A stretch of 61,548 nucleotides of DNA from Cyclobacteriaceae bacterium (lineage in GTDB: Bacteria; Bacteroidota; Bacteroidia; Cytophagales; Cyclobacteriaceae). This document shows positions 29,159 to 38,602 of this stretch, piece after piece. Every line of letters begins with the position of its first letter. Position 1 is the stretch's first letter. A program made the position numbers and the translations under genes. Location: contig JAIBBB010000001.1 of assembly GCA_019694905.1 (NCBI GenBank), positions 1 to 61,548 on the forward strand, read 5' to 3'. A model generated the notes under the pieces. It searched no databases. It was not told the origin of the DNA and saw only the letters and a program-made list of their open reading frames with translations.

Positions 29159-29237
29159 AATAATTGAGAAATGCACTCCGTTCCAAGGCCTCCGGGGAAG
29201 TTAGTTTTAGGGTCTTTTTGGCTTAATCTACTGTTGA

Positions 29238-32200
29238 ATGACCCATTTTTGGTCCCTTCGCAGCGCGGCTGGTGCTGTAGTCCGGACATCCCTTTTGCTG
29301 GTTCTTTCTTTGACCGCAATTGCTCAGAGTACTACCGTCACATCGGTTAACCCACCAGGTACACTGTGTGCCGGAGCGAACGTCACGGTGGCATACACCG
29401 CTACCGGGTTCGCCGCGGTCAACAATTTTACCATCCAGCTGTCTGACAATGCAGGTAGTTTTGCTGCCCCTGTCTCGCTGGGCACCGTGGCTAACAGTAC
29501 AAGCGGCGGGTCCATTTCGGTTACCCTCCCCCTCACTGCCACTGCAGGCGCTGCCTATCGGATTCGTGTGATAGGGAGTAATCCCGGTGCGGGTACCGCA
29601 ACGTCAAGTGCTGCGCTCACAATAAGTGCCGTGGGGCTCTCTGCGCCAACCGGGCTCAGCACACGTTGCGCGGGCACCACGTTCAATGTCACCAACAATC
29701 TCGCAGGCACCTGTTCCTTTGGCACAGGGAATACTTTCACTGTACAACTTTCTGACGGGGCGGGCAGCTTCGTATCTCCGGTTAACATTGGAAGCAATAA
29801 CACAACTTCTGGCGGAAACATCAGCGTCACACTACCATCAACGACAGCAGGATCGGCCAGCTATCGTGTCAGAGTGGTCTCAACCAACCCGGCAATAACC
29901 AGTGCGCAGTCAGCAGCTTTCACCATTACGGCGCTAGGCATCAATGCACCAACCGTGTCGGCTTCTTTTTGTCAAGGTGCCTCCTTCAACGTCACCAATA
30001 ACCTTGCCACGGCTTGCTCTTTTGGAGTCGGTAACACCTTCACAGTGCAGTTATCAGATCAGTTTGGCAGTTTTGCAAGTGCTACCAACATAGGTTCGGT
30101 AACTTCCGGATCCGGTGGTGCCATTCCGGTGTCGATTCCAACCAACCAGACTGCTGGCACTGTGTACAGAATGCGGGTGGTATCATCCAACCCGGTTATC
30201 ACAGGCAATCAAACCGGTAACCTCACCATCAATTCACCAGGCCTCAATGCGCCGACCGGCTTGTCAACGCAATGTGCGGGCGCCACCTTCAACATTACGA
30301 ACAATCTTACCGGATGCAGCTTCTTCCCCGGCAATACATTCACTGTGCAGTTGTCCGATGCCTCCGGGAGTTTTGCTTCTCCTGTCAGCATCAGCGCCGC
30401 AGTCAGTGCCACAACCGGAGGCGCAATTTCCGTCACTTTGCCGCTTACACTCCCTACCAGCGCTGCCTATCGAATTCAGGTTGTAGGCACCAATCCTTCC
30501 ATTACCAGCACGCAGTCAGCGGCCTTCACAATCAATGGCTTTGGATTGAATGCACCTACCATTACCGGTGGCAGCACCAGTTTTTGCCAGGGACAGAATA
30601 TTTCTATCGCCTTTACACTGGCCAACAACTGCGGGTTTCCCAATACACCGTCGGCCAATATCTTCAGAGCCCAACTATCCGATGCCGCAGGTAGTTTTGC
30701 AAGCCCTACCGTGATTGGCACAGTAACAGCCAACACAGCCGGAACCATCAGTGCAAACATCGGCAACCCGCCGGCGGGCACAGGATATCGGATCCGGGTA
30801 GTCAGTTCAAACCCCGGCGCTGGTATCGCCAGCCCCGACAACGGAACTAACCTTGTGATTGGAGCCACGACCGGGAATCCCTCCGTTTTTGGTTCCGCAG
30901 GTTGGAATGCCTATGTGTACAACAGCACAACATTGGCCGGCTTCACCAACTATGCAGGGTTTTACACAGTGGCAGGGTTGAGTTTCGATACCGGAACCCA
31001 GTATGGCTCATCCTCGAGCCCTGCCGGTGCTCCCGGGTACAGCGGGTGCAGCGTTGTGGGCGCAACCCAATATGGTATTGCTTTTAAGCGAACAAATTTT
31101 ACCTGTGGCTATTATCAGATTGACGTGCCTTATCAGGATGACCAATTGGCGGTTTACGTGAATGGCGCACTTGTATTTCAGAACACTACATTCACAGGCA
31201 CCGCTCAAAACAATGTCTGGCGTGGTTTCCTCAACAGCACTTCAACGGTGGAGTACCGTTTAGTCAACTTAAACGGCCCTGGCCAATTGCAGATCAACCT
31301 TGCTCCGGCCGCCAATCCACTGACGGTCTCTCCCAATATTGTTCAATGCGCTGCGCCTGTCAATCCTGGTGTACTGACTGTTTCTTCAGTGCTCCCGCTC
31401 TCTTATGTATGGACGCCCAACGGTCCTGGGAGCGGCCTCACTCCGGCTTCCGGCGTCGGAGCCTCAGTGACTGCTGCACCCACGATTACCACGACCTACA
31501 CCGCCACTGGTACAGATGCGACGTCTGGCTGCTCTGTCAGTGCCACTGTCACAGTTACTGTGAGCAATGCCAAACCCACCATCACGGCCACCAGCACCCT
31601 TACCAACATTTGCTCTGGGATAACGACAGCAACTTTGACGGCAAGCGGAGGAACCAATTATCAGTGGACTCCAACGACAGGCCTGACGCCCGGATCCGGT
31701 ATCGGTTACACCGTTACTGCCAATCCGGCGTCTACAACAACTTATACAGTTACTGGTGACAATGGGTGTGCGGGTATCGCAAACAGCAATACAGCCACCA
31801 TCACGGTCAATGCACAGAGTGTACCACCCGCTCCGGCTACTACTACATTCGGAAACGGTACATGGAACGTGTACGCATTCTTCAATGATGTTACATACAC
31901 AAACTACTACGGTTACTACACAGAAAATAACCTGAGCTTCAATACGACCTCGAGGTGGGGTAACAATGCGGGGCCTTCGGCAGCCAACGCTGCCACAGGT
32001 CTTGGCTATCAGGGCTGTCTTTTTACCCCGCCCACTGTGTCCACAAACTACTCCATGAGTTTCAAAAGGACCAACTTCACCTGTGGCTATTATCAGGTTG
32101 ATGTGAACTACCAGGATGATCGATTTACACTTTTTGTGGACGGTGTCCAGGTTTTTCAGAACAATGCATTCACATCCACATTGCAATCCAACGTGTGGAC

Positions 32201-34787
32201 TGGATTCCTCGGCCCCGCCTCGCAGGTCGAAATGCGCCTGATCAACAACGGAGGCCCCGGACAGTTGCAGGTGACTTTTGCGCCCTCCAGCGGATCACCA
32301 CAAGTGATCAGTCCGAGTGTCACTATTTGCGCAGGAACAACAACGTCCCTGACAGCAACATCAACGTACACGGGAGCCACGTACAGCTGGTCTGTGTCGC
32401 CAAACGAACCTACTATTTCTTTTGTCCCCAATCCCGGCCTTGCCAATCCCATTCTTCAAACAACCGCAGCAACACCACTTGGCAATTACACCCTTATCAG
32501 CACAATGACAGATGCAGGCGGAACCGGGTGCTCAGCCAATGCAACCAACACGCTTACGGTTAATCCACTTCCCTCAACCAGTGTCACACCGACTGCGGTC
32601 AGAACCTACTGTCCTGCCAATGGAATTACGTTGACGGCCTCCGGGGCAAACACCTATACGTGGAATCCTGCCACCGGATTGAGCGCCACTACCGGGCATC
32701 AGGTTATAGCGACGCCCACCACCACTACGACTTATACAGTGACTGGAAGCAACAATTGCTCGGCGAATTTTACGACCACGACAATCACCGTTCTTCCGCT
32801 GCCTGCCTACACCTCTTTCCCCAGCGGCACATGGAATGTATACGGATTCAATTCCACAACAGTGGGCACAAACTATCAGGGCTTCTATACTGAAAACGGA
32901 AGTGGAACCACGGGCTATGACTTCAACACCACCACACGGTGGGCCAGTGGTGCAGCGCCCTCCACTGCCAATGCCACAAATGGAACCGTTTGGCAAGGGT
33001 GTGCGATGAACGCGACCAATATCAGTCTTAGCTTCAAAAGGACAGGATTTGCCTGCGGCACTTACCAGATCAACGTGCCATACCATGATGACTACGTATA
33101 CTTGATTGTCAATGGTGTAACCGTAGCCCAGCACGTGGGATGTTGTGACTCACACACGGCATTGTGGACAGGTGTACTCAACCCCAACTCGCAGGTAGAA
33201 GTACAGTTGGTGCAGGGCGCAGGAGGTTCCGGGCTTAATGTGACCTTTACCCCTGTGGCCCAACCTGTGGGCACCAACATCTGGACCGGCGCCACAAGCA
33301 ATGATTGGTTTACGGCTTCAAACTGGTGCGGATCCGTGCCTACCCTTACAACAGACGCACTCATCCCGGCAACAGGGGTTGTCAATATGCCTGTGATCGG
33401 AGGAGTGGGTGCGGTGGTCAGGTCTATTACTATCAACGGCGCAGTGCCCGCAGGCACATACACCAATCCGTTGCCTGCTGCAAGCCTTACCACTGCCGGA
33501 AGCAATGCGCTGGATGTGTACGGCAACTGGACGAATAGCGGCACACTGACGCCCAACACCGGGTCCGTCAATTTTGCAGGGAGCAGCCTAAGCACGATCA
33601 ATGCAACGGTGACCGAGACTTTTTACAATTTGTCCATCAACAACGGTGCAGGTGTTACACTGGCGTCGGGCACGCATCAGGTCAGCAATCAGTTGACATT
33701 GATAAATGGTATAGTGAATCAGAACGCAACATTTAACCTGCTGAATGGCTCGTCCGTGACAGGCGCCAGCAACGCCAGCTACGTCAATGGTCTTGTAACA
33801 AAGATTGGGAATGCGGCTTTCACTTTCCCGGTTGGCGCTGGTGGATTCTATCAACCTATCGGCATCTCAGCACCCACTCTGGCAACCGATGCCTTTACTG
33901 CGCGATATATTTACGGTAGTGCCAATGCCTCGTTCCCTTTGGCCCAATTAGGTGCTACGCTAGATCATGTCAGTGCGGCAGAATACTGGCTGTTAAACCG
34001 TACGACCGGATCCTCTAACGTTGGCGTGACACTCAACTGGAATACCAATAGTGGTGGTGTTGGGAATCTGCCATCACTGCGTGTGGCCCGTTGGGATGTT
34101 GCCACTGCCAAATGGGTTGATCAGGGGAATGGTGGAACGACAGGCACGACCGTGGCAGGCACCGTTGTCACCTCAAGTGCTGTGAATGTCTTCAGCACCC
34201 CTAACAGTCCTTTCACGATCGGCACCACCGACAACTTCAATACCTTGCCGGTCACATTGGTAGACTTCAGTTGCACCCTCACGGCGGGCTTTACAGTCCA
34301 ACTCGACTGGGCCACGGCCAGTGAGATTAACAACGGGCGTTTTGACATTGAGCGATCAGTGGACGGCAGAAGATTCAACTCGATAGGCTCTGTTTCCGGT
34401 GCCGGCACAACTTCAGTTTTCCGGGAGTATACCATGTTGGATCCGCTTCCTGCCCCGGGGTACAACTACTATCGTCTAACGCAGGTGGACCTCGACGGGA
34501 AAGCCACACCCTACGAGGTCTGTACAGTAGTCAATGCCAATGAGATTTCAGGCGTCCGCTTGTTCCCTAATCCGGCTTCGGATCAGGTTAAAGTTTCATT
34601 GCCTGATGTAACACCTGTCAATCTGGTGCGACTGAAAGACGAGTCGGGAAAGCCTATCACAGTTCCATACACTACATCGGGTGCGGCTGCCGAGCTCAAC
34701 ACCAGCAGCCTTTCGCCTGGACTCTATTTTGTTGAGTTGGAGTCTTCTTCAGGGCTCTACAGACAAAAACTGGTAATTGTCCGCTAA
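29238..34787 (+). CDS. Large T9SS type-A cargo surface protein/adhesin
   Basis: Signal peptide; five FTVQLSD..GSF..YRIRVV repeats; three WN.Y..NY.G.YT..FKRT.F.CG.YQ..DD modules; TTTYTVTG Ig-like units; LPVTLVDF...LFPNP...LSPGLYFV...KLVIVR type-A CTD. Confidence 0.9.
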   Translation: MTHFWSLRSAAGAVVRTSLLLVLSLTAIAQSTTVTSVNPPGTLCAGANVTVAYTATGFAAVNNFTIQLSDNAGSFAAPVSLGTVANSTSGGSISVTLPLTATAGAAYRIRVIGSNPGAGTATSSAALTISAVGLSAPTGLSTRCAGTTFNVTNNLAGTCSFGTGNTFTVQLSDGAGSFVSPVNIGSNNTTSGGNISVTLPSTTAGSASYRVRVVSTNPAITSAQSAAFTITALGINAPTVSASFCQGASFNVTNNLATACSFGVGNTFTVQLSDQFGSFASATNIGSVTSGSGGAIPVSIPTNQTAGTVYRMRVVSSNPVITGNQTGNLTINSPGLNAPTGLSTQCAGATFNITNNLTGCSFFPGNTFTVQLSDASGSFASPVSISAAVSATTGGAISVTLPLTLPTSAAYRIQVVGTNPSITSTQSAAFTINGFGLNAPTITGGSTSFCQGQNISIAFTLANNCGFPNTPSANIFRAQLSDAAGSFASPTVIGTVTANTAGTISANIGNPPAGTGYRIRVVSSNPGAGIASPDNGTNLVIGATTGNPSVFGSAGWNAYVYNSTTLAGFTNYAGFYTVAGLSFDTGTQYGSSSSPAGAPGYSGCSVVGATQYGIAFKRTNFTCGYYQIDVPYQDDQLAVYVNGALVFQNTTFTGTAQNNVWRGFLNSTSTVEYRLVNLNGPGQLQINLAPAANPLTVSPNIVQCAAPVNPGVLTVSSVLPLSYVWTPNGPGSGLTPASGVGASVTAAPTITTTYTATGTDATSGCSVSATVTVTVSNAKPTITATSTLTNICSGITTATLTASGGTNYQWTPTTGLTPGSGIGYTVTANPASTTTYTVTGDNGCAGIANSNTATITVNAQSVPPAPATTTFGNGTWNVYAFFNDVTYTNYYGYYTENNLSFNTTSRWGNNAGPSAANAATGLGYQGCLFTPPTVSTNYSMSFKRTNFTCGYYQVDVNYQDDRFTLFVDGVQVFQNNAFTSTLQSNVWTGFLGPASQVEMRLINNGGPGQLQVTFAPSSGSPQVISPSVTICAGTTTSLTATSTYTGATYSWSVSPNEPTISFVPNPGLANPILQTTAATPLGNYTLISTMTDAGGTGCSANATNTLTVNPLPSTSVTPTAVRTYCPANGITLTASGANTYTWNPATGLSATTGHQVIATPTTTTTYTVTGSNNCSANFTTTTITVLPLPAYTSFPSGTWNVYGFNSTTVGTNYQGFYTENGSGTTGYDFNTTTRWASGAAPSTANATNGTVWQGCAMNATNISLSFKRTGFACGTYQINVPYHDDYVYLIVNGVTVAQHVGCCDSHTALWTGVLNPNSQVEVQLVQGAGGSGLNVTFTPVAQPVGTNIWTGATSNDWFTASNWCGSVPTLTTDALIPATGVVNMPVIGGVGAVVRSITINGAVPAGTYTNPLPAASLTTAGSNALDVYGNWTNSGTLTPNTGSVNFAGSSLSTINATVTETFYNLSINNGAGVTLASGTHQVSNQLTLINGIVNQNATFNLLNGSSVTGASNASYVNGLVTKIGNAAFTFPVGAGGFYQPIGISAPTLATDAFTARYIYGSANASFPLAQLGATLDHVSAAEYWLLNRTTGSSNVGVTLNWNTNSGGVGNLPSLRVARWDVATAKWVDQGNGGTTGTTVAGTVVTSSAVNVFSTPNSPFTIGTTDNFNTLPVTLVDFSCTLTAGFTVQLDWATASEINNGRFDIERSVDGRRFNSIGSVSGAGTTSVFREYTMLDPLPAPGYNYYRLTQVDLDGKATPYEVCTVVNANEISGVRLFPNPASDQVKVSLPDVTPVNLVRLKDESGKPITVPYTTSGAAAELNTSSLSPGLYFVELESSSGLYRQKLVIVR

Positions 34788-34895
34788 GCCTTCGGTGGCG
34801 GAAATCAACAGTTCATCTGGTCATCCTGACGCTGCGGTAACTCAGATTGGGTAGCCATTCCCCGGCGTACCACATTTGTGTGTTACTCGCACGGC

Positions 34896-37055
34896 ATGAA
34901 ATACCTTTTCTTATCTGGATTATTAGTCATCTGCTTCACAGCATCGGCGCAGACGGTTATTCGCGGTGAAGTTCGGGATGTCAGGGGAATGGCGGTGCCC
35001 GGCGCGAATGTCTTTATCAAGGACTCCTATGATGGAGCCAGCACAGATACTGCCGGTTATTTTGCTTTCAACACACATGAAACCGGCGAGCGAATTCTCT
35101 CTGTTTCATCGATAGGATACCAGACACTTGAGCGAGCCCTCCAACTTAAGGGAGGTAATCTCACCGTCAACTTTACACTGGAGGAGGAGGTCAGTCAGCT
35201 GGACGCAGTGGTAATTTCTGCCGGTGCTTTCACAGCAGGCGAAGAGCGACGCCGTACCATTCTTAAGCCATTGGACATCGCAACCACAGCGGGTGCTACG
35301 GCGGATATTGCCGGAGCGCTCAATTCATTGCCGGGCACCCAAAAGGTTGGCGAGAGCGGCCGCTTGTTTGTCCGCGGCGGCGATAGTGATGAGGCCAGAA
35401 CATTTGTGGATGGTATGCTGGTGCTTAATCCCTATAGCCCGGCAGCACCCAACACCCCAACGCGTGGAAGATTCCTGCCATTCATGTTCAAAGGCACAAG
35501 CTTCAGCACGGGTGGATATTCAGCCGAATATGGTCAGGCGCTTTCGTCCGCGCTTGTGCTCAATTCAAAAGACAAAGCAGAATATAATCAGACAGACCTT
35601 GGGCTTCTTTCTGTTGGTGGTGATGTGGCGCACACGCAGGTGTGGAAGCAGTCCTCCTTTTCGGGGAAAATCCAGTACACGAATCTGCGACCCTATACCA
35701 AGCTGATCAACCAAAGGATAGACTGGCGTGAGCCCGTGGTTTCAACAGAAGGCACCGCTGCCTACCGTCAGCAAATCGGGAAGGGAATACTCAAGGCATT
35801 CGGCACCTGGAATGAGTCTTCTTTTTCATTATGGCAACATGATATAGCAAATCCATCTTTACGGACCTTGATGGATCTGACCAATCAGTATCGGTATGGG
35901 AATCTGGCATACAGAAGTGATCTCAATGAAAAGTGGAGCATTCGCAGCGGACTGTCCTATACCTTGCTTCGAAACAAGGTTCTGCTGGATGGCAAGCCCA
36001 TGGAGGAGGTTGAAGCCGGGACACACACCAAGATAGTGGCCGAGCACTCGCTGAGTTCTTCGATTGAATGGCATCACGGCGCGGAAATAATCCAGCGAGA
36101 CTATCACGCCGACCGGTACAATGAACTAGCGGGCCGAACAGAGCGGGCAGCTTTCAGGGAGCGTATTACAGCGCTATTCTCTGAAGCAGAACTTTTGTCA
36201 AGTTCAAGGATCGTTGCCAAGCTGGGTGGGCGGTTAGAGCACAATGCATTGCTCGGCAGAACTTCAGTAGACCCCAGGATCTCATTGGCATGGAAGCCTG
36301 GCCGGCGCGGGCAATTCGGATTGGCCTATGGCGTTTTCAGACAGTCGGCGAAAAACCAGTACCTGCGGGTGAATTCAAAACTGCTGGAAGAGCAGGCAAC
36401 TCATCTCATCATCAATTACCAGCGCGTGACTGACCGCCGGACTTTCAGAGTGGAAGCATATCACAAGCAGTATCAGAACCTGATCAAATTTGATGCGTTG
36501 ACCCCAGACATGCTTACCAATTCCGGGCAAGGGTACGCAAGAGGCGCTGAATTATTCTGGAGAGATGCGGAGACATTTCGCAACATTGACTATTGGGTTT
36601 CCTACTCATTCCTTGATACCCGGAGAGACTACCTCAGTTTCCCTTCAGCGGCTGTTCCTTCCTTTGCCTCCAGACACAACTTCTCATTTGTATACAAGCA
36701 TTTCATCACCCCCTTGCAAACACAGGTCGGGTTCACATACAGTTTTGCGAGCGGACGGCCGTACTACAATCCCAACCTTGCGACAGAGCAGTTTCAATCA
36801 CAAAGCACGCCATCCTATCATGATCTGAGTGTTAACATCAGCTACCTTCCAAACCCCAGTACGATTGTGTATTTGTCATGTACCAATTTGCTGGGACGTG
36901 ACAATGTGTTCGGATATGAATACAGTTCGACACCGGATGCATCGGGTGCATTTGCGGCAAGACCTATTCGCCAACCAGCCAAGCACTTCCTGTTTATCGG
37001 ACTGTTCTACACCATCAGTAAAAATAAAACTGTTAATCAACTACCCAACCTCTAA
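34896..37055 (+). CDS. TonB-dependent receptor with N-terminal carboxypeptidase-regulatory-like domain
   Basis: GANVFIK..GASTD, LDAVVISAG, LFVRGG plug and GGYSAEYGQALS motifs. Confidence 0.9.
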   Translation: MKYLFLSGLLVICFTASAQTVIRGEVRDVRGMAVPGANVFIKDSYDGASTDTAGYFAFNTHETGERILSVSSIGYQTLERALQLKGGNLTVNFTLEEEVSQLDAVVISAGAFTAGEERRRTILKPLDIATTAGATADIAGALNSLPGTQKVGESGRLFVRGGDSDEARTFVDGMLVLNPYSPAAPNTPTRGRFLPFMFKGTSFSTGGYSAEYGQALSSALVLNSKDKAEYNQTDLGLLSVGGDVAHTQVWKQSSFSGKIQYTNLRPYTKLINQRIDWREPVVSTEGTAAYRQQIGKGILKAFGTWNESSFSLWQHDIANPSLRTLMDLTNQYRYGNLAYRSDLNEKWSIRSGLSYTLLRNKVLLDGKPMEEVEAGTHTKIVAEHSLSSSIEWHHGAEIIQRDYHADRYNELAGRTERAAFRERITALFSEAELLSSSRIVAKLGGRLEHNALLGRTSVDPRISLAWKPGRRGQFGLAYGVFRQSAKNQYLRVNSKLLEEQATHLIINYQRVTDRRTFRVEAYHKQYQNLIKFDALTPDMLTNSGQGYARGAELFWRDAETFRNIDYWVSYSFLDTRRDYLSFPSAAVPSFASRHNFSFVYKHFITPLQTQVGFTYSFASGRPYYNPNLATEQFQSQSTPSYHDLSVNISYLPNPSTIVYLSCTNLLGRDNVFGYEYSSTPDASGAFAARPIRQPAKHFLFIGLFYTISKNKTVNQLPNL

Positions 37056-37066
37056 TTTCTTCAAGT

Positions 37067-37693
37067 ATGAAAGCTCTTCTCATTTTTGCGGTAGTCTGCG
37101 GCATGGCCAACCCTACCGATCGGTATGTGGAATCCATGACCCGGCAAATTGCGACCCTGTACCAGGCCAATTCTCCCGAATTGCTGCAAACGTCGGTGAA
37201 TGCATTCGACAGAATTGCCCAGGTGGAATCACAGCATTGGGAGCCCTTATATTATAGTGCGTTCGGCAACATCATGCTGGCCATTCGGGAGACGAGCGCA
37301 GCGCGCAAGGATCAGTATCTTGATTTGGCGCTCGCCAGTGTCCAGAAGGCGCAAGCGCTGCAACCAGCAAATGGAGAGATTACTGCCATGGAAGGATTTG
37401 TTTATATGATCAGGGTAACCGTAGATCCCGGAGCCCGCGGTCAACAGTATTCCGCCATGGCATTCGGTGCCATTAACAAGGCGTTGGCTATGTCACCGGG
37501 CAATCCACGTGCACTGGGCTTATTGGCACAAATGGAATTGGGCACAGCCCGCTTTTTCAATGCGTCAACCGCTGGTGCATGTGAAACGGCACGCAAGGCA
37601 CTGGCTCAGTACGATTCATTTCAGCCGGAAAACGAATTGACTCCAATGTGGGGCCGGGAGATGACGGAAGAAGTTCTGAAGAATTGTCATTAA
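37067..37693 (+). CDS. Exported helical (TPR-like) hypothetical protein
   Basis: Signal-like N-terminus; FDRIA..E..HWEPLYY, NPRA and PMWG; sits in the TBDR operon. Confidence 0.75.
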   Translation: MKALLIFAVVCGMANPTDRYVESMTRQIATLYQANSPELLQTSVNAFDRIAQVESQHWEPLYYSAFGNIMLAIRETSAARKDQYLDLALASVQKAQALQPANGEITAMEGFVYMIRVTVDPGARGQQYSAMAFGAINKALAMSPGNPRALGLLAQMELGTARFFNASTAGACETARKALAQYDSFQPENELTPMWGREMTEEVLKNCH

Positions 37694-37702
37694 TCAAATT
37701 CT

Positions 37703-38143
37703 ATGAAAGCCCTCATTGTACTTCTCTTGTGTTGTGTACTCCCATCCTGCTACGGCCAGACCGCCACCGGAAAATTGGTAGTGACCATGTCCAACGTTAA
37801 AAAGGCCGGGATGGTCCACGTTGGTATCTTCAAGCCGGGTAAGAAGTTCCCTGATTCGCAGTTGCAGGTGACTTCCCAGGCGGTCAGTTGCAAAGAGACC
37901 TGCACAATAGTATTTGATCAGCTCCCGTTTGGGGAATATGCTATTGCCATATTTCAGGATGAAAATGGCAACGGCGACCTGGATACTGGTATGCTGGGCA
38001 TACCCTCAGAGCCATTTGCTTTTTCAAATGATTTCAAACCCATGTTTGGGGGTCCGGATTTCACGGACTGTAGTTTCAACTTTGAGCGGGAAGGACAGTC
38101 CGTTTCAATCCGCATGATCAATTCCCTGTTTGGGGGGAATTGA
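37703..38143 (+). CDS. DUF2141-family protein
   Basis: GEYAIAIFQDENGNGDLD..LGIPSEPFAFSN motif. Confidence 0.85.
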   Translation: MKALIVLLLCCVLPSCYGQTATGKLVVTMSNVKKAGMVHVGIFKPGKKFPDSQLQVTSQAVSCKETCTIVFDQLPFGEYAIAIFQDENGNGDLDTGMLGIPSEPFAFSNDFKPMFGGPDFTDCSFNFEREGQSVSIRMINSLFGGN

Positions 38144-38162
38144 ATTTTCTGGGAACTGCAGG

Positions 38163-38198
38163 AGGGCCGGGAAACAAATCACCGGCCCTTTCATTTTT
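38163..38198 (+). terminator. Probable Rho-independent terminator
   Basis: AGGGCCGG/CCGGCCCT stem followed by a T-rich tail, after the DUF2141 gene. Confidence 0.55.
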
Positions 38199-38435
38199 GT
38201 GGCCATGAGGCTGATTTGGTTCAGGCGTCAAACGGGCAGAGCCATCAACGTCTGAATTTCGGTTGATTTCAGCCACTTTGATTGAGAACAGACCCCTGTC
38301 TGCCCGAAAACATTTAACAAACCGGGAAGCTTCCCACCTATAATAATTAGCAGGTGACATGACGAATGTCATAAGTCGTAAGCTGCTTTTACGAGCTTCT
38401 TGACCGAGGGCAGCAGATACGATGTTAACAATTAC

Positions 38436-38447
38436 GCAAACGGTTGA
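38436..38447. promoter_or_regulatory. LacI-family-like operator upstream of susC
   Basis: GCAAACGGTTGA, an imperfect palindrome with a central CG. Confidence 0.35.
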
Positions 38448-38602
38448 AAGTGACTTTTTTTACTTAATTTCACCGGATATTGACCGGGTTATTGGCATGT
38501 TTGTAAGTGATGACCGGTAGGCTGCGGGGCAACGGCAGCGTTCTTAGTGTCGCGCGTTAATCGATTTTTGATACATAATTCATCCTTAATCTAATTTCTT
38601 CT

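Noticed and set aside
29400-30830. DNA repeat array or diversity-generating element in the large T9SS gene
   Set aside because: The repeats are protein-level with diverged codons; I saw no near-identical template/variable pair and no reverse transcriptase.
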